DNA from: Candidatus Pacearchaeota archaeon
GTDB taxonomy: Archaea; Nanobdellota; Nanobdellia; Pacearchaeales; GW2011-AR1
NCBI GenBank assembly: GCA_017609535.1
Contig: JAFCDU010000001.1
Location: forward strand, 4,782 to 68,781
DNA length: 64,000 nt
Direction of reading: 5' to 3'
Each line of letters starts with the position of its first letter. Positions within the stretch are counted from its first letter, which is position 1. The notes below the pieces were generated by a model, which was given only the letters and a program-made list of their open reading frames with translations, was not told the DNA's origin and made no database searches. Positions 35,562 to 45,877 of this stretch are shown in pieces. The position numbers and the translations under genes are program-made.

Positions 35562-36692
35562 ATGAAAAGGAAAAAAATTTTAGAAATTTGTAATTTCTCT
35601 TCTGGAATTTCTGGGGTTTGGACAAGGGTTTTAGAGGAAAGTAAAATTTTTTCAAAAAAAAACGAAGTTTGGATTTTTTCGTCTAATCTTAAAAATGAAA
35701 AAGAAAAAGTTAAAGATTATGAAAAAATTGAAAAAATAAAAATCAGAAGATTCCCTGTGAGATTCAGAGCAGGTTACGCTTTATTTTTTGACTTTTATAA
35801 AGAAGCTTTGATTTTAAAGCCCGACATAATTATAGCCCATGGTTTTAGAAAACCTTATTTAAACCAGGTTATCAGGCTTAAGAAAAAATTAGAAAAGAAA
35901 GGAAAAAAAATTAAAATCTTCCTTGTTACTCATGCACCTTTTTTAGAAAAAGGTTTAAGAAATAAATTGATTGAGTTTATTGTTAAATGTTATGATTTTT
36001 TTTATGCAAAAAAAATTTTGAATTCTTTTGATAAGGTTATAGCAATAACAAAATGGGAAATCCCTATTTTATTAAAATTAGGGTGTGAAAAAGAAAAAAT
36101 AGTTTATATTCCGAATACTATTCCAGAAAATTTTTTTAAAGAAAAGAAGGGAAGAGAAATTAAAGGGAGAATTTTGTTTTTCGGAAGGATAAACAGGATA
36201 AAAAATTTAGAAACCCTCATTTTGGCTTGTTCAAAATTAAAACATTCAAGATATAGTTTAAATATAACTGGCCCAGCTGATGAAAAATATTTAGAGGAGC
36301 TGAAAAGCCTGACAGAAAAATCAAAAGTTAAAGTTAAATTTTCTAAACCCCTTTATGCTCTAAAAGAAAAAATTAAAAAAATAGATTCCTGCGAGATTTT
36401 TGCCTTACCTTCTAAAAGAGAAGGCTTACCTTTATCAATAATTGAAGCCATGGCAAGGAGCAAAGTAGTGATAAGTTCAAATACTCAGGGTGCAAAAGAA
36501 CTTATTGAAGATGGTAAGAATGGATTTTTATTTAAAATTGGAGATTATAATGAACTATCTGAAATCTTGAAATTTTGTTTAAATGAAAAAAACTCAAAAC
36601 AATTAAAAAAAATTAAAGAAAATGCAAGAAAAAGCGTAAAAAACTTTAAATTATCAAACATTATGAAAAAATACAATCAATTATTAAGATGA
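35562..36692 (+). CDS. Glycosyltransferase family 4 (GT-B, retaining)
   Basis: C-terminal EGLPLSIIEAMARSKVVISSNTQGAKELIEDGKNGFLF (EX7E motif). Confidence 0.8.
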   Translation: MKRKKILEICNFSSGISGVWTRVLEESKIFSKKNEVWIFSSNLKNEKEKVKDYEKIEKIKIRRFPVRFRAGYALFFDFYKEALILKPDIIIAHGFRKPYLNQVIRLKKKLEKKGKKIKIFLVTHAPFLEKGLRNKLIEFIVKCYDFFYAKKILNSFDKVIAITKWEIPILLKLGCEKEKIVYIPNTIPENFFKEKKGREIKGRILFFGRINRIKNLETLILACSKLKHSRYSLNITGPADEKYLEELKSLTEKSKVKVKFSKPLYALKEKIKKIDSCEIFALPSKREGLPLSIIEAMARSKVVISSNTQGAKELIEDGKNGFLFKIGDYNELSEILKFCLNEKNSKQLKKIKENARKSVKNFKLSNIMKKYNQLLR

Positions 36693-37549
36693 TAACAATC
36701 GGAATTCCAACCTACAATGAAGAAAAAGTTATAGCAAAATGCATAAAATCTGTATTAAATCAAATCTCTCCTGATGATGAAATAATTGTTGTAGCATCAG
36801 GATGCACAGATAACACTGTTCAGGAAGTTAAAAAAATAAAAGATAAACGAGTAAAATTAATTATAGAAAAAGAAAGGAATGGAAAATCTTCTGCATTAAA
36901 TTTGATAATAAAGAATGCTAAATCAGATATAATAGTTCAGACAGATGGTGATGTTGAGATAAAACAAGATTCAATTTCAAAGTTAATAAGACATTTCAAG
37001 GACCCAAAGATAGGAGGGGTTTCCGGAAACCCAATTCCAATTTTACCAAAAAATAATTTATTTTATGATTGGACAATGATGAGTTACAGAAAATCAGGCG
37101 AATTAAGAAAACAGCAGTCTGAACAAGGAACCTTTTGGCATATGTCAGGATATCTTCTTGCTTTCAGAAAAAAAGCCCTCCCTCAAGTGCCTTTTGCAAA
37201 AGGAGCAGTTGATGCTTGGATGGGCAAAATAATAAAAAATAATGGATACAAAATCGTCTATGAACCAGAAGCAAAGGTGCTTGTCAAAACCCCATTAACA
37301 ATAAAGGATTTCATTAGGCAAAAAGCCAGAGTTAGAGCAGGATATAATCTGATTCCCAACCCCCCAAGAACTGCAGGTTCAGAAATAATTTATCTTCCAA
37401 AAGAACTCTTAAAAATTCCAATCACCCGCTACCCCAAATTTCTTCTCTCTGGTTCTATCTACTTATTTAGCTGGATAAAAGGGTGGTATCTTGCAAAAAC
37501 AAATAAATCACTCAACCAAATTTGGAAGGTTCCAGAATCTACAAAATAA
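36689..37549 (+). CDS. Glycosyltransferase family 2
   Basis: IGIPTYNEEKVI, IIVVASGCTDNT and QTDGD (DxD) motifs. Confidence 0.8.
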   Translation: MITIGIPTYNEEKVIAKCIKSVLNQISPDDEIIVVASGCTDNTVQEVKKIKDKRVKLIIEKERNGKSSALNLIIKNAKSDIIVQTDGDVEIKQDSISKLIRHFKDPKIGGVSGNPIPILPKNNLFYDWTMMSYRKSGELRKQQSEQGTFWHMSGYLLAFRKKALPQVPFAKGAVDAWMGKIIKNNGYKIVYEPEAKVLVKTPLTIKDFIRQKARVRAGYNLIPNPPRTAGSEIIYLPKELLKIPITRYPKFLLSGSIYLFSWIKGWYLAKTNKSLNQIWKVPESTK

Positions 37550-37583
37550 CAACAAATAAAAATCATATAAATAATTAACAATT

Positions 37584-39173
37584 ATGGAAAAACAATCAAA
37601 TGAGGGAATAAAAGAAAGAAAGAAAAAAATACAAACATGGCTTAAAAATCCTTATGTGATTTTGTTTATTTTAATTATTCTGCTTGCAATTATCCTTAGA
37701 GTAATCATATTTTCTAAGACAACATCTCAGGGATTATGGTGGGATGAAGCAGAATATATGGCAAAGGCAAAGTACATCGCCTATGGATACGACTGGATAG
37801 ATTTTTGGAATCCTCATAAACCGATTTTATTGAGTTTAATCGCAGTTCCAATCTTTCTATCAGGAATAGGAGAAATTGGGGTCAGATTTTTGATTCTTAT
37901 CCTTTCAATCGCCGGTGTCATTTTTATGTATTTTGCCGCAAAAGAATTTTTCAATAGTAAAAAAATTGGATTGTTCTCAGCCTTTTTAATGGCAATATAT
38001 TGGGTTCATTTATTTTTTACCGGCCGAATTCTCGTAGGACTCCCTGCAACAACTTTCTTTTTATTATTTTGGTTTTTCTTCACAAAAGGATTCATCAAAA
38101 AACAAAACCCAAAATATATCTGGCTTGCAGCTTTTTTCTTTGGCATTGGGTTCATGATAAGAGTTGTATATGGGATGATGGCAATCCCCATTTTTCTTTA
38201 TGCATTATATGAAGAAAAACTAAAAATTTTTAAAGATAAAAATAATTGGATTGCACTCGGAATTTTAATTTTAACTCTTTCCCCAATGTTAATTTTTCTT
38301 ATTTCTTCATATCCGCAGGACCCAATAGGAGAATTTATTGGATTTAAACACCATAGATTTTCAGAATCTTCAGGAGCAATGGGTTTTTCAGGAATTCCAA
38401 AATATTTTACAGGATTAGTTTATGGAATCGCCGGCCAATTCCCAATCTCCAAATGGATTTTCTTTGGACTATTTTTAATAGGCTGTTTGATTTATTTTTC
38501 CGACCTGGTTTTCGCATATGACAGAATCTCAAAATCAAAAAGATTAAGAAAAAAATTATTTGTCATCTTTTTTATAATCTTTCTTTTTTTTGTATGGGGG
38601 TATACAAGGGCATATGTTGAGCAGCGGGATTATCTTTCAATGGCTGTTTTCCTTTTCGGAATTTCTGGGATTGGTTTTTTTAGATTAAAATCCATAATCT
38701 CACAATACGATAAGACACTCGCATTTATTTTAATGTTCGGTTTATTATTAATAGGCGCCTATTACAATATAGATTGGGGGATTAAACTAACAGAAGTAAA
38801 AGCAATCTCCCCTTATAATTCTATAAAAGAAGCAGGACTTTGGTTAAAAGAAAATTCCAATGAGAATGATATAATCTATACTACTGCACGGAAACAAATT
38901 ATGTATTATGCGGATCGAGAAGTACTTGACCCAATGGCAGTTGATTACAAGACACCTCAAAAAACTCCCGAAGAAATTGATGAAGAGTTAAAAAACAATA
39001 AGAATATAAAATTCATAGAAATGGATGTCATAGAAAAACGATATCCTGCTTCAGAATATCTATATAATTGGATTCAAAATAATTCAGAGATAGTAAAACC
39101 AATTATCACATGGTATGCAGATGAGCAAAAAACCCAGCCAGTAGTAGTTATTTACAAACTAATGGATAGATAA
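37584..39173 (+). CDS. GT-C fold membrane glycosyltransferase (ArnT/PMT-like)
   Basis: 529 aa. N-terminal TM then WWDEAEYMAKAKY (DE-x-x-Y loop). Multiple TM helices and a C-terminal soluble domain. Confidence 0.65.
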   Translation: MEKQSNEGIKERKKKIQTWLKNPYVILFILIILLAIILRVIIFSKTTSQGLWWDEAEYMAKAKYIAYGYDWIDFWNPHKPILLSLIAVPIFLSGIGEIGVRFLILILSIAGVIFMYFAAKEFFNSKKIGLFSAFLMAIYWVHLFFTGRILVGLPATTFFLLFWFFFTKGFIKKQNPKYIWLAAFFFGIGFMIRVVYGMMAIPIFLYALYEEKLKIFKDKNNWIALGILILTLSPMLIFLISSYPQDPIGEFIGFKHHRFSESSGAMGFSGIPKYFTGLVYGIAGQFPISKWIFFGLFLIGCLIYFSDLVFAYDRISKSKRLRKKLFVIFFIIFLFFVWGYTRAYVEQRDYLSMAVFLFGISGIGFFRLKSIISQYDKTLAFILMFGLLLIGAYYNIDWGIKLTEVKAISPYNSIKEAGLWLKENSNENDIIYTTARKQIMYYADREVLDPMAVDYKTPQKTPEEIDEELKNNKNIKFIEMDVIEKRYPASEYLYNWIQNNSEIVKPIITWYADEQKTQPVVVIYKLMDR

Positions 39174-39424
39174 TCTTTTAAATTTTAAAATAATAAAAAT
39201 ATCGGGCCGAGTAGAATAAACTCTAATGGGTCCATTCAAAAACATAAATCTTCCCTACACTAAAAAAATCAAAACATCTTTTCAATTTAAAATTATTTTC
39301 TAAAACTCTCACAATAAGTCTATGATTTGTTATATGTTCTTTAGGAACTTCTGGCTTTCCAACAAATTTTCTCATTTTTCTTGAAATGAAATTTTCAGTT
39401 GAACAGAAACAATCAGCTCAAATT

Positions 39425-39600
39425 GATTATTCATAATTTAAATTCATTTAAGATGTTTTGAATTTCCGTCGGAGAGATATGCTCAAAAACATCAAGGGCA
39501 AAAATCTTGTGGGCTTTATTTTTTATAATCATCAATAAAGGTTTTAGCAGGATTAATATCAAATCCATAAATTTCAAAATTTTTTAACTTCTTATCCATA
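39425..39600 (-). pseudogene. Degenerate remnant of a class I methyltransferase gene
   Basis: Minus-strand frames read MDKKLKNFEIYGFDINPAKTFIDDYKK (stop) and, shifted, KAHKIFALDVFEHISPTEIQNILNEFKL. There is no intact ORF. Confidence 0.35.
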
Positions 39601-39672
39601 CTACAATCCATTTACCTTTCGCTTGATATTTCCTATGAATTTAATCATTGCTGTTATTCCTTATAAGTTTTA

Positions 39673-40761
39673 TTATACTAAACTCTTCCCATCAACATTT
39701 CCCCTAAACTCAAGCCCCATCAAATCAACAATTGTCGGAAAAAAATCAACCATCTTGGCATTCTTTTTCCCTTTTGCCTTTTCATTTTTTAAAACATAGT
39801 ATGTTCTCTGCTCTTTTGGATTCCAACCGTGCATTGCCTTGGGTTTCTTATCAGAAAAAAAATTAGGATAGAAACAAGTTTTATAATCTGCCAAAAAAAT
39901 CAAAGAATTTGTTTTCAAATGAAACTTTTTCTGTTCAACAACCCTCCCATAATCAAGCCATTCCAAAAATTCTCGCACTTTTCTCTCTGCTTCTTTATTC
40001 TTAAACCAAAATTCAACAGTGGTTGAACCAACAATATAAATAAAATCCTTTCCATATTTCAAATCAAGTTTCCTTAATTCCTTCCAGATATCTATATTCC
40101 TTTGAATATCATCCATACCATGGTCAGAAAATAGTAAGGCATTTTTATGTTTCTTGCAGAGTTTTTCAACTGCTTTGTCAATAATGCTCGCAATTTTTTT
40201 AATCCTTCTCCCGCGAATTCCAATTTCATGTGCGAGTTCTAAATCTAAAAAATGAACAAAAACAAAATCTTCCTTAGATTTTATGGCTAATTCATAACTT
40301 TTTCTCCATTCTTTTGAAAAGAATATTCTTCCCTTTCTATTTTTAAAATAATTAGGCCAATCAATTAAAACAAAACTTTTCCCATTCTCCTCTAAAACAT
40401 CAAAAATTGTTTTGTGATTCAAACAACCCCTTTGAGCCCATGATTTATCTAAACTAGGTTTGAAAAATCCCATGTGGGGGCACTTTGGGGGTGTAAAGAA
40501 AATCCGTTTTCCCTGTAAATATCTTATTGCCCCCCAAAACCATTTACTTTTTGGTTTCTTCCTATAATGAGAATCTGGAACAAACAAATCAAAAATTCCA
40601 TGCTTGTCAGGCCAAACACCCGTCATAAAGGAAGCAATATTTCCAGTATATCCAAGTGGAACCTCCAAGTATCCATGCCGGGACTTTTTCCTTAGTGAAT
40701 CAATAAATGGCATATATTTTAAATATTCTGGATTCCACGCATCAATGAAAACACATAACAT
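39673..40761 (-). CDS. Alkaline-phosphatase-superfamily enzyme (type I phosphodiesterase/nucleotide pyrophosphatase-like)
   Basis: N-terminal VFIDAWNPEY and LFSDHGMDD metal-binding motifs. Confidence 0.55.
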   Translation of the reverse strand: MLCVFIDAWNPEYLKYMPFIDSLRKKSRHGYLEVPLGYTGNIASFMTGVWPDKHGIFDLFVPDSHYRKKPKSKWFWGAIRYLQGKRIFFTPPKCPHMGFFKPSLDKSWAQRGCLNHKTIFDVLEENGKSFVLIDWPNYFKNRKGRIFFSKEWRKSYELAIKSKEDFVFVHFLDLELAHEIGIRGRRIKKIASIIDKAVEKLCKKHKNALLFSDHGMDDIQRNIDIWKELRKLDLKYGKDFIYIVGSTTVEFWFKNKEAERKVREFLEWLDYGRVVEQKKFHLKTNSLIFLADYKTCFYPNFFSDKKPKAMHGWNPKEQRTYYVLKNEKAKGKKNAKMVDFFPTIVDLMGLEFRGNVDGKSLV

Positions 40762-40762
40762 C

Positions 40763-41965
40763 TTAAATCAACTTTTGGGAATAATATTTGTCAAAAGCAA
40801 AAAGCACCCCCTTTCTTAAATCTTCCCATCTTTTTCCCTTGACAGGTGCAAAACTCTTGATGTAATCATAAGCAGGCTCCAGCAATCTTTTCTCATCAAG
40901 TCCATGGAGCACCAAAAGTCCAGCCAAAATAATCTTAATCCCTACATCTTTCCACCCATATAAGACCTTGGAATATCCTGAGCGTATGAAATAAAACAAA
41001 TTTAAACAATATTGTGAAAAAAAAGCTGCACGCGCAAAAAATCCGGGCAGAGGAATATATGGTTCAAAATAAACATAAGGAAGTTTTTTATATAATTTTC
41101 TGCACAAGTCCAAAACATTTTTAGAGCGGATGCCATAATTTTTTTCAGCAATAAATTTCATCACAAAAGTTAGGTCATCTCTTGCAACAAACCACGCCTT
41201 CACAATATCTTTAACATTCCTTTTCTCTGGATGGAGTTTCATATCCAACGCATGTTTTATTTTTTTCATCAATTCAGGAAATTTCTTTCCATAAATTTCA
41301 TCACATAATTTAACTGTTTCAGAATAAGTCGGCTCAAATTTTCCTGCAGAAATAATCAGAGATGAAGCACAAGCCAGATAAGTCTTGACAATATGATGAA
41401 GCGCATAAAACTTCTCATCTTTTTTAAAATTTCCTTTAAGTCTCCGCTCATCCATGCACAAAAGCAGGTGTCCAACAGGATTTGTTAGATATCTAAAAGA
41501 TTCTGATAAAGGAATCTTAATATCATTAATCTTCTTTCTTATATCTTCGCCATAGATAACTGTGCTCCCATATTTTAATTCATAAGTCCGATTAACCCTT
41601 TTCATCCTGCCAAGTTTATTATAATCAAGCCATCTTAAATCAACATGAAAATATTCATTCTTATCATAAACCTTTTCATAATTCTCAACAAATTCCCCCC
41701 CGCCTTTGCCCAACATTGCAGAACATTTTTCACCAACTCTCTCCAATTTCTCATCCGGAATCCTATTCTTAGTCACAACATAAACATCATAATCATTCAA
41801 AGGCACAATCCGGCCATTAACAATTTCATATGTTCCTTCTCCCTTTCCAAACCCGCCGAATAAGATTATTGAAATTGGATTAAACTCATCAATTAAAACT
41901 TTTTTAATTTTTTCTAAGTCTTCTTCAACTTTCTTATCAGCTTTCTTGGATTTCGTGTATTTCAT
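40763..41965 (-). CDS. Nucleotidyltransferase-fold protein (hypothetical)
   Basis: LFGGFGKGEGTYEI...NDYDVYVV matches the G[GS]x9-13D-h-[DE] minimal NTase motif. Confidence 0.45.
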   Translation of the reverse strand: MKYTKSKKADKKVEEDLEKIKKVLIDEFNPISIILFGGFGKGEGTYEIVNGRIVPLNDYDVYVVTKNRIPDEKLERVGEKCSAMLGKGGGEFVENYEKVYDKNEYFHVDLRWLDYNKLGRMKRVNRTYELKYGSTVIYGEDIRKKINDIKIPLSESFRYLTNPVGHLLLCMDERRLKGNFKKDEKFYALHHIVKTYLACASSLIISAGKFEPTYSETVKLCDEIYGKKFPELMKKIKHALDMKLHPEKRNVKDIVKAWFVARDDLTFVMKFIAEKNYGIRSKNVLDLCRKLYKKLPYVYFEPYIPLPGFFARAAFFSQYCLNLFYFIRSGYSKVLYGWKDVGIKIILAGLLVLHGLDEKRLLEPAYDYIKSFAPVKGKRWEDLRKGVLFAFDKYYSQKLI

Positions 41966-43008
41966 TTTTTAATTTTTAGTGAGTAATAAATTCCCAATAA
42001 TATTGGTAAAATGCAGGTAATAAAAATATTCAATAATGACATTGAAAATACTTTAATAGCAGGAATTTCAAATAATCCAAATAATCCAATCATCGTTGCC
42101 TCTCGCGTCCCAATCCCCCCAATAGTTATAGGAATTTGAGCCACTAAAGTTGAAATAGGCATAATTGCAAGATAGTAAATAAAGTCAATTTCAATTCCAA
42201 GCGACAACCCAATCAAATAACCAACAAAATAAAGAAAAATCCATATAAAAAGATTTATTATAAAAATAAAAAATAATTCATCGTGACGGGGCATATTCTC
42301 ATAAAAATCATCAAAGGCCTTTCCAACCTTTTTTCTTAATCTTATTGGCAAAAAATTATAAAAGATTCTCCCAAAAAAACGCATTGCCCTTTTATTAATA
42401 AAAATAAACAAACCAAAAATCAAGCAAAAAAATATTGCAATAAGATACCATAACGATATTATCTCAAACCTGCTTCGAAAAATAATTGCAAATACAATAG
42501 CAAGAAAAAACACAGAAATTAAATCAAAAACCTTCTCTAAAATAAAGTTGCTCACCCCCTTTGCAATTGTTCCCGAATATTTCTTAATATACTCTGTTCG
42601 CATAACTCTGCCGATTTGTGATGGTGTAACAAATGCATAGAAATTACTTATCAAATCAATCTTAAATGCCTCTAAATAAGGAATCCTAATTTTTTGTTTT
42701 CTGGCAATTACATACCACTTCAATGGCTGGGCAAACGTATAGATTGCAGCCAGAACAATCGCAAGAATCAAAAAGCCAGGTTCAGCACTAATAAGTTGCT
42801 TCCAAACTTTTACAACATCAAGTTTAACAAGAATATACAAAAAAAGCAGTATACCAATTATTGGAAGATACCTTTTAATTTTGGCCCATTTCATAAAAAA
42901 CATTGCAGATAATAAATTAAAAAGCTTTCTAAATTCTATATGAATCTTTATAAAGCTTTCAAATATCGAAGTTTTATGGAAGGATTGTCTCTTGTTGTTC
43001 CGATTCAT
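41962..43008 (-). CDS. Flippase-like integral membrane protein (LPG_synthase_TM/UPF0104 family)
   Basis: 348 aa, about 8 TM helices. This family is commonly paired with GT2 genes. Confidence 0.55.
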   Translation of the reverse strand: MNRNNKRQSFHKTSIFESFIKIHIEFRKLFNLLSAMFFMKWAKIKRYLPIIGILLFLYILVKLDVVKVWKQLISAEPGFLILAIVLAAIYTFAQPLKWYVIARKQKIRIPYLEAFKIDLISNFYAFVTPSQIGRVMRTEYIKKYSGTIAKGVSNFILEKVFDLISVFFLAIVFAIIFRSRFEIISLWYLIAIFFCLIFGLFIFINKRAMRFFGRIFYNFLPIRLRKKVGKAFDDFYENMPRHDELFFIFIINLFIWIFLYFVGYLIGLSLGIEIDFIYYLAIMPISTLVAQIPITIGGIGTREATMIGLFGLFEIPAIKVFSMSLLNIFITCILPILLGIYYSLKIKK

Positions 43009-43668
43009 AATGGAGAAGAAGTGATTGAAAAATCAATAAAGGAGTACTATGAATCCTTTTCTAAAAAATTCAAAAATTTTGAGATTATAGCAGTTTGCAA
43101 CGGCTGTAGAGATAATAGTGCAAAAATCTGCCATTCTCTAAAATCAACATTTCCAATAAAAGTCATAGAGATAACTCAGAGCGGAAAAGGCCTGGCGCTT
43201 GTAAGCGGATTTAATAATTGTAAATTTGATTATATTGGCTTCCTTGATGGCGATAATCCTTTTGATTTAGACAAAATAATTAAAATGATTGATTATCTAA
43301 AAGATTATGATGTTGTGATTTCAACAAAATATCTCAGAGGAAAAGCAAAAACCCAGGATTCATGCCTTAGAAGATTAATCTCCCTGGGCGGAGGCATTTT
43401 TTCACGCATTATTTTTAATTTAAATTTCAGGGACACCCAAGCAGGAGCCAAATTCATGAAAAGAGAAGTCTGGCGTTCAATTGACAGAAAATTTATTTGT
43501 ATAGGATTTGACTTTGATATAGAATTACTCTACAAATTAAAAAAATCAAAATTTAAAATCGTAGAAGTTTATACGCCAGTAATAAAAAAAGAGAAATTTA
43601 GCACATTAAGATTAAAATATCTCCCTTCAATGATTTATCGGCTAATAAAATTAAAATTCAAAAAATGA
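42940..43668 (+). CDS. Glycosyltransferase family 2 (dolichyl-phosphate hexose synthase-like)
   Basis: LSLVVPIHNGEEVI, FEIIAVCNGCRDNS and FLDGDNPFD motifs. Confidence 0.75.
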   Translation: MNLYKAFKYRSFMEGLSLVVPIHNGEEVIEKSIKEYYESFSKKFKNFEIIAVCNGCRDNSAKICHSLKSTFPIKVIEITQSGKGLALVSGFNNCKFDYIGFLDGDNPFDLDKIIKMIDYLKDYDVVISTKYLRGKAKTQDSCLRRLISLGGGIFSRIIFNLNFRDTQAGAKFMKREVWRSIDRKFICIGFDFDIELLYKLKKSKFKIVEVYTPVIKKEKFSTLRLKYLPSMIYRLIKLKFKK

Positions 43669-44426
43669 AAATACTTCTTACAATAGATTTAGAAGAATTT
43701 GACCTCCCATTGGAATTTGGGATTCAATTGAGAAAATCAGAACAATTCAAAATTTCAAAATTAGGATTAGATAATCTATTGAAAATATTAGATAAATATC
43801 AAATTAAAGCAACCTTTTTCACAACCTCGGCATTTGCATCAAAATATTCAAAACAAATAAAACAGCTTTCTCAAAAACATGAAATTGCCTGCCATGGTTT
43901 ATCCCATTCAGAAACCTGCACTTTAGATTCATTAAAAATCGCAAAAACAAAAATAGAAAAAATAATTAATAAAAAACTTTCAGGTTTTCGTGCTCCAAGA
44001 TACAATTTCAAAAAAATAAAGGAATTAGAACTTCTTAATTTTAAATATGATTCCTCAATCCACCCCACCTGGCTCCCCGGACGATATTGCAATATATTAA
44101 AAAAAAGAACAATGCATAAAATAGGAAATATAATAGAAATCCCCCCTTCAACGCTCCCTTTCTGCCGTCTTCCAATCTATTGGCTCGCATTCAAAAATTT
44201 TCCGCTGATTTATTCAATCGCTTTCACAAAAATAAATTTTCTTTTTTCAGATTACATAATGCTGGTCTTCCATCCTTGGGAATTTACGAACTTAAAAAAA
44301 TTTAAAATACCAAGATATATAAAACATCCAATAATAAAAAAATTAGAAAAATATATCCGATTTTGCAAAAAAAATAATTATCAGTTTACAAGCATCTCAA
44401 ATTATCTCCAAAAATCCATCAAGTGA
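43665..44426 (+). CDS. Polysaccharide deacetylase (NodB-like)
   Basis: LLTIDLEEFD...ATFFTTSAF...ACHGLSHSE. Confidence 0.6.
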   Translation: MKILLTIDLEEFDLPLEFGIQLRKSEQFKISKLGLDNLLKILDKYQIKATFFTTSAFASKYSKQIKQLSQKHEIACHGLSHSETCTLDSLKIAKTKIEKIINKKLSGFRAPRYNFKKIKELELLNFKYDSSIHPTWLPGRYCNILKKRTMHKIGNIIEIPPSTLPFCRLPIYWLAFKNFPLIYSIAFTKINFLFSDYIMLVFHPWEFTNLKKFKIPRYIKHPIIKKLEKYIRFCKKNNYQFTSISNYLQKSIK

Positions 44427-45877
44427 CCAGCAACCGCTTTAACTCCACGGAGATTAAACTTAAAATCATCAAAATTTTTTACATTTTTAATTCTCTGAAA
44501 AACATATCTTGGAGTCAGAAAAATTGTATAAATTTTTCCACAAACTGCTGCAACTTCATCTGCATCCCCATCAACTTTTAATACTGGTTCCCTCATATCG
44601 TATCTTTCATATTCTAATGGATTAAATAAAAACCAACCTTTTTCATTTGCCTCGTTCCATAATTTGGTTCCTGGATAAGGAATTAAAATAGTTGCTTGCA
44701 GAACATCTGCGAATCCAGATTGCATTAATCTTTTAGCAAGTTTAAAAGTCCTTAAAGCATCTTCTTTGCTTTCCCAAGGATAACCAACAATCATAGTTAA
44801 ATGAACAGTCAAACCAGATTTATGAGCCATTTTGCATCCATCAATAATATCTTGAACCTTAATCCCCTTGTTTAATCTATCCAATGTCTCTTGATTAGCA
44901 CTCTCAAGCCCAAACTTAAGCAGTCTAAATCCTGCCTTTTTCATCAAATCATAATCATCCTTCTTCAAAGCACCAAATCTCATATTGCAGGAATATTTTA
45001 TCCTCTTATTATATCCCCTTTTAATCAGCCCATTACATAATTCTCTTAACCAGTTCCCGACAGATAATGTCCCAGAATCATCAAAAATTTCTTTAACATT
45101 ATATTTCTTAATCAGCTCTCCGATTTCATCTAAAACATTTTTCGGGCTTCTATTTCTAAAACAAGGATACATACGGGGCCATGAACAAAATTTGCACTTC
45201 CCCCACCAGCAGTCCCTTCCAGACATAATGTAAAAATAAGGCCTGCCCCACATATTATATTCTCTCTGATAATTTCTCCACTTTGTCAACTCGCGGTCAA
45301 TGTAAGGGGCATCATCAAGTTTATGCTTCAATTCAAACTTTCCAGAATTTTTTATTTTTCCTTTCTCCCTATACCAAACCCCCTTGGGAAGTTTGCCCCC
45401 CTTAATCCAATCAACTAATTCAGAGGATAAAAAATCAAAATCCCCCCCAGTCAACACAAAATCCGCCTTAGAATTTTTCATAGTTTCTTCAGGAAAAGAA
45501 GTAACATGGTCGCCGCAAATTGCAATCTTCATCTCAGGAAATTCTTCCTTTAACCGATTAATTATCCTCCAATGAAGCTTAACAACAGGGGTTTTTGTTT
45601 CAAAAATAAATAACTCTGGATGTTCTTTTTCAAGTAATTTAAAAAACTCATCATTATTAATGCCTTCAGCAACGCAATCAACCCATTTAATTTCATGTCC
45701 TTTCTGCTTCAGCATTGTTGCAGCAGTCCCCATAACAACAGGAAAAATCAAACAAGGATTATTAAACCATTGAAACTGCCGATTCTGACCCAAAGTAGCA
45801 GTTCCTTTTTCAGATTTTGTGGGAGGATATCCAATAAATATTTTCATTTTTGTCTGAAAAACATTGCATAAAGCCAT
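44402..45877 (-). CDS. B12-binding radical SAM enzyme (probable methyltransferase class B)
   Basis: N-terminal B12-binding domain. SGRDCWWGKCKFCS cysteine cluster with CX4CX2C spacing. C-terminal rSAM TIM-barrel-like region. Confidence 0.65.
   Translation of the reverse strand: MALCNVFQTKMKIFIGYPPTKSEKGTATLGQNRQFQWFNNPCLIFPVVMGTAATMLKQKGHEIKWVDCVAEGINNDEFFKLLEKEHPELFIFETKTPVVKLHWRIINRLKEEFPEMKIAICGDHVTSFPEETMKNSKADFVLTGGDFDFLSSELVDWIKGGKLPKGVWYREKGKIKNSGKFELKHKLDDAPYIDRELTKWRNYQREYNMWGRPYFYIMSGRDCWWGKCKFCSWPRMYPCFRNRSPKNVLDEIGELIKKYNVKEIFDDSGTLSVGNWLRELCNGLIKRGYNKRIKYSCNMRFGALKKDDYDLMKKAGFRLLKFGLESANQETLDRLNKGIKVQDIIDGCKMAHKSGLTVHLTMIVGYPWESKEDALRTFKLAKRLMQSGFADVLQATILIPYPGTKLWNEANEKGWFLFNPLEYERYDMREPVLKVDGDADEVAAVCGKIYTIFLTPRYVFQRIKNVKNFDDFKFNLRGVKAVAGHLMDFWR

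Noticed and set aside
38000-38212. 70-aa and 61-aa ORFs inside the GT-C gene (also 39829-40026, 40604-40819, 41645-41863, 42694-42912, 43871-44092, 44985-45233, 45384-45575, 46152-46355, 48379-48585, 49437-49700, 50337-50776, 51858-52491)
   Set aside because: They are short and nested within or antisense to larger, domain-supported genes.
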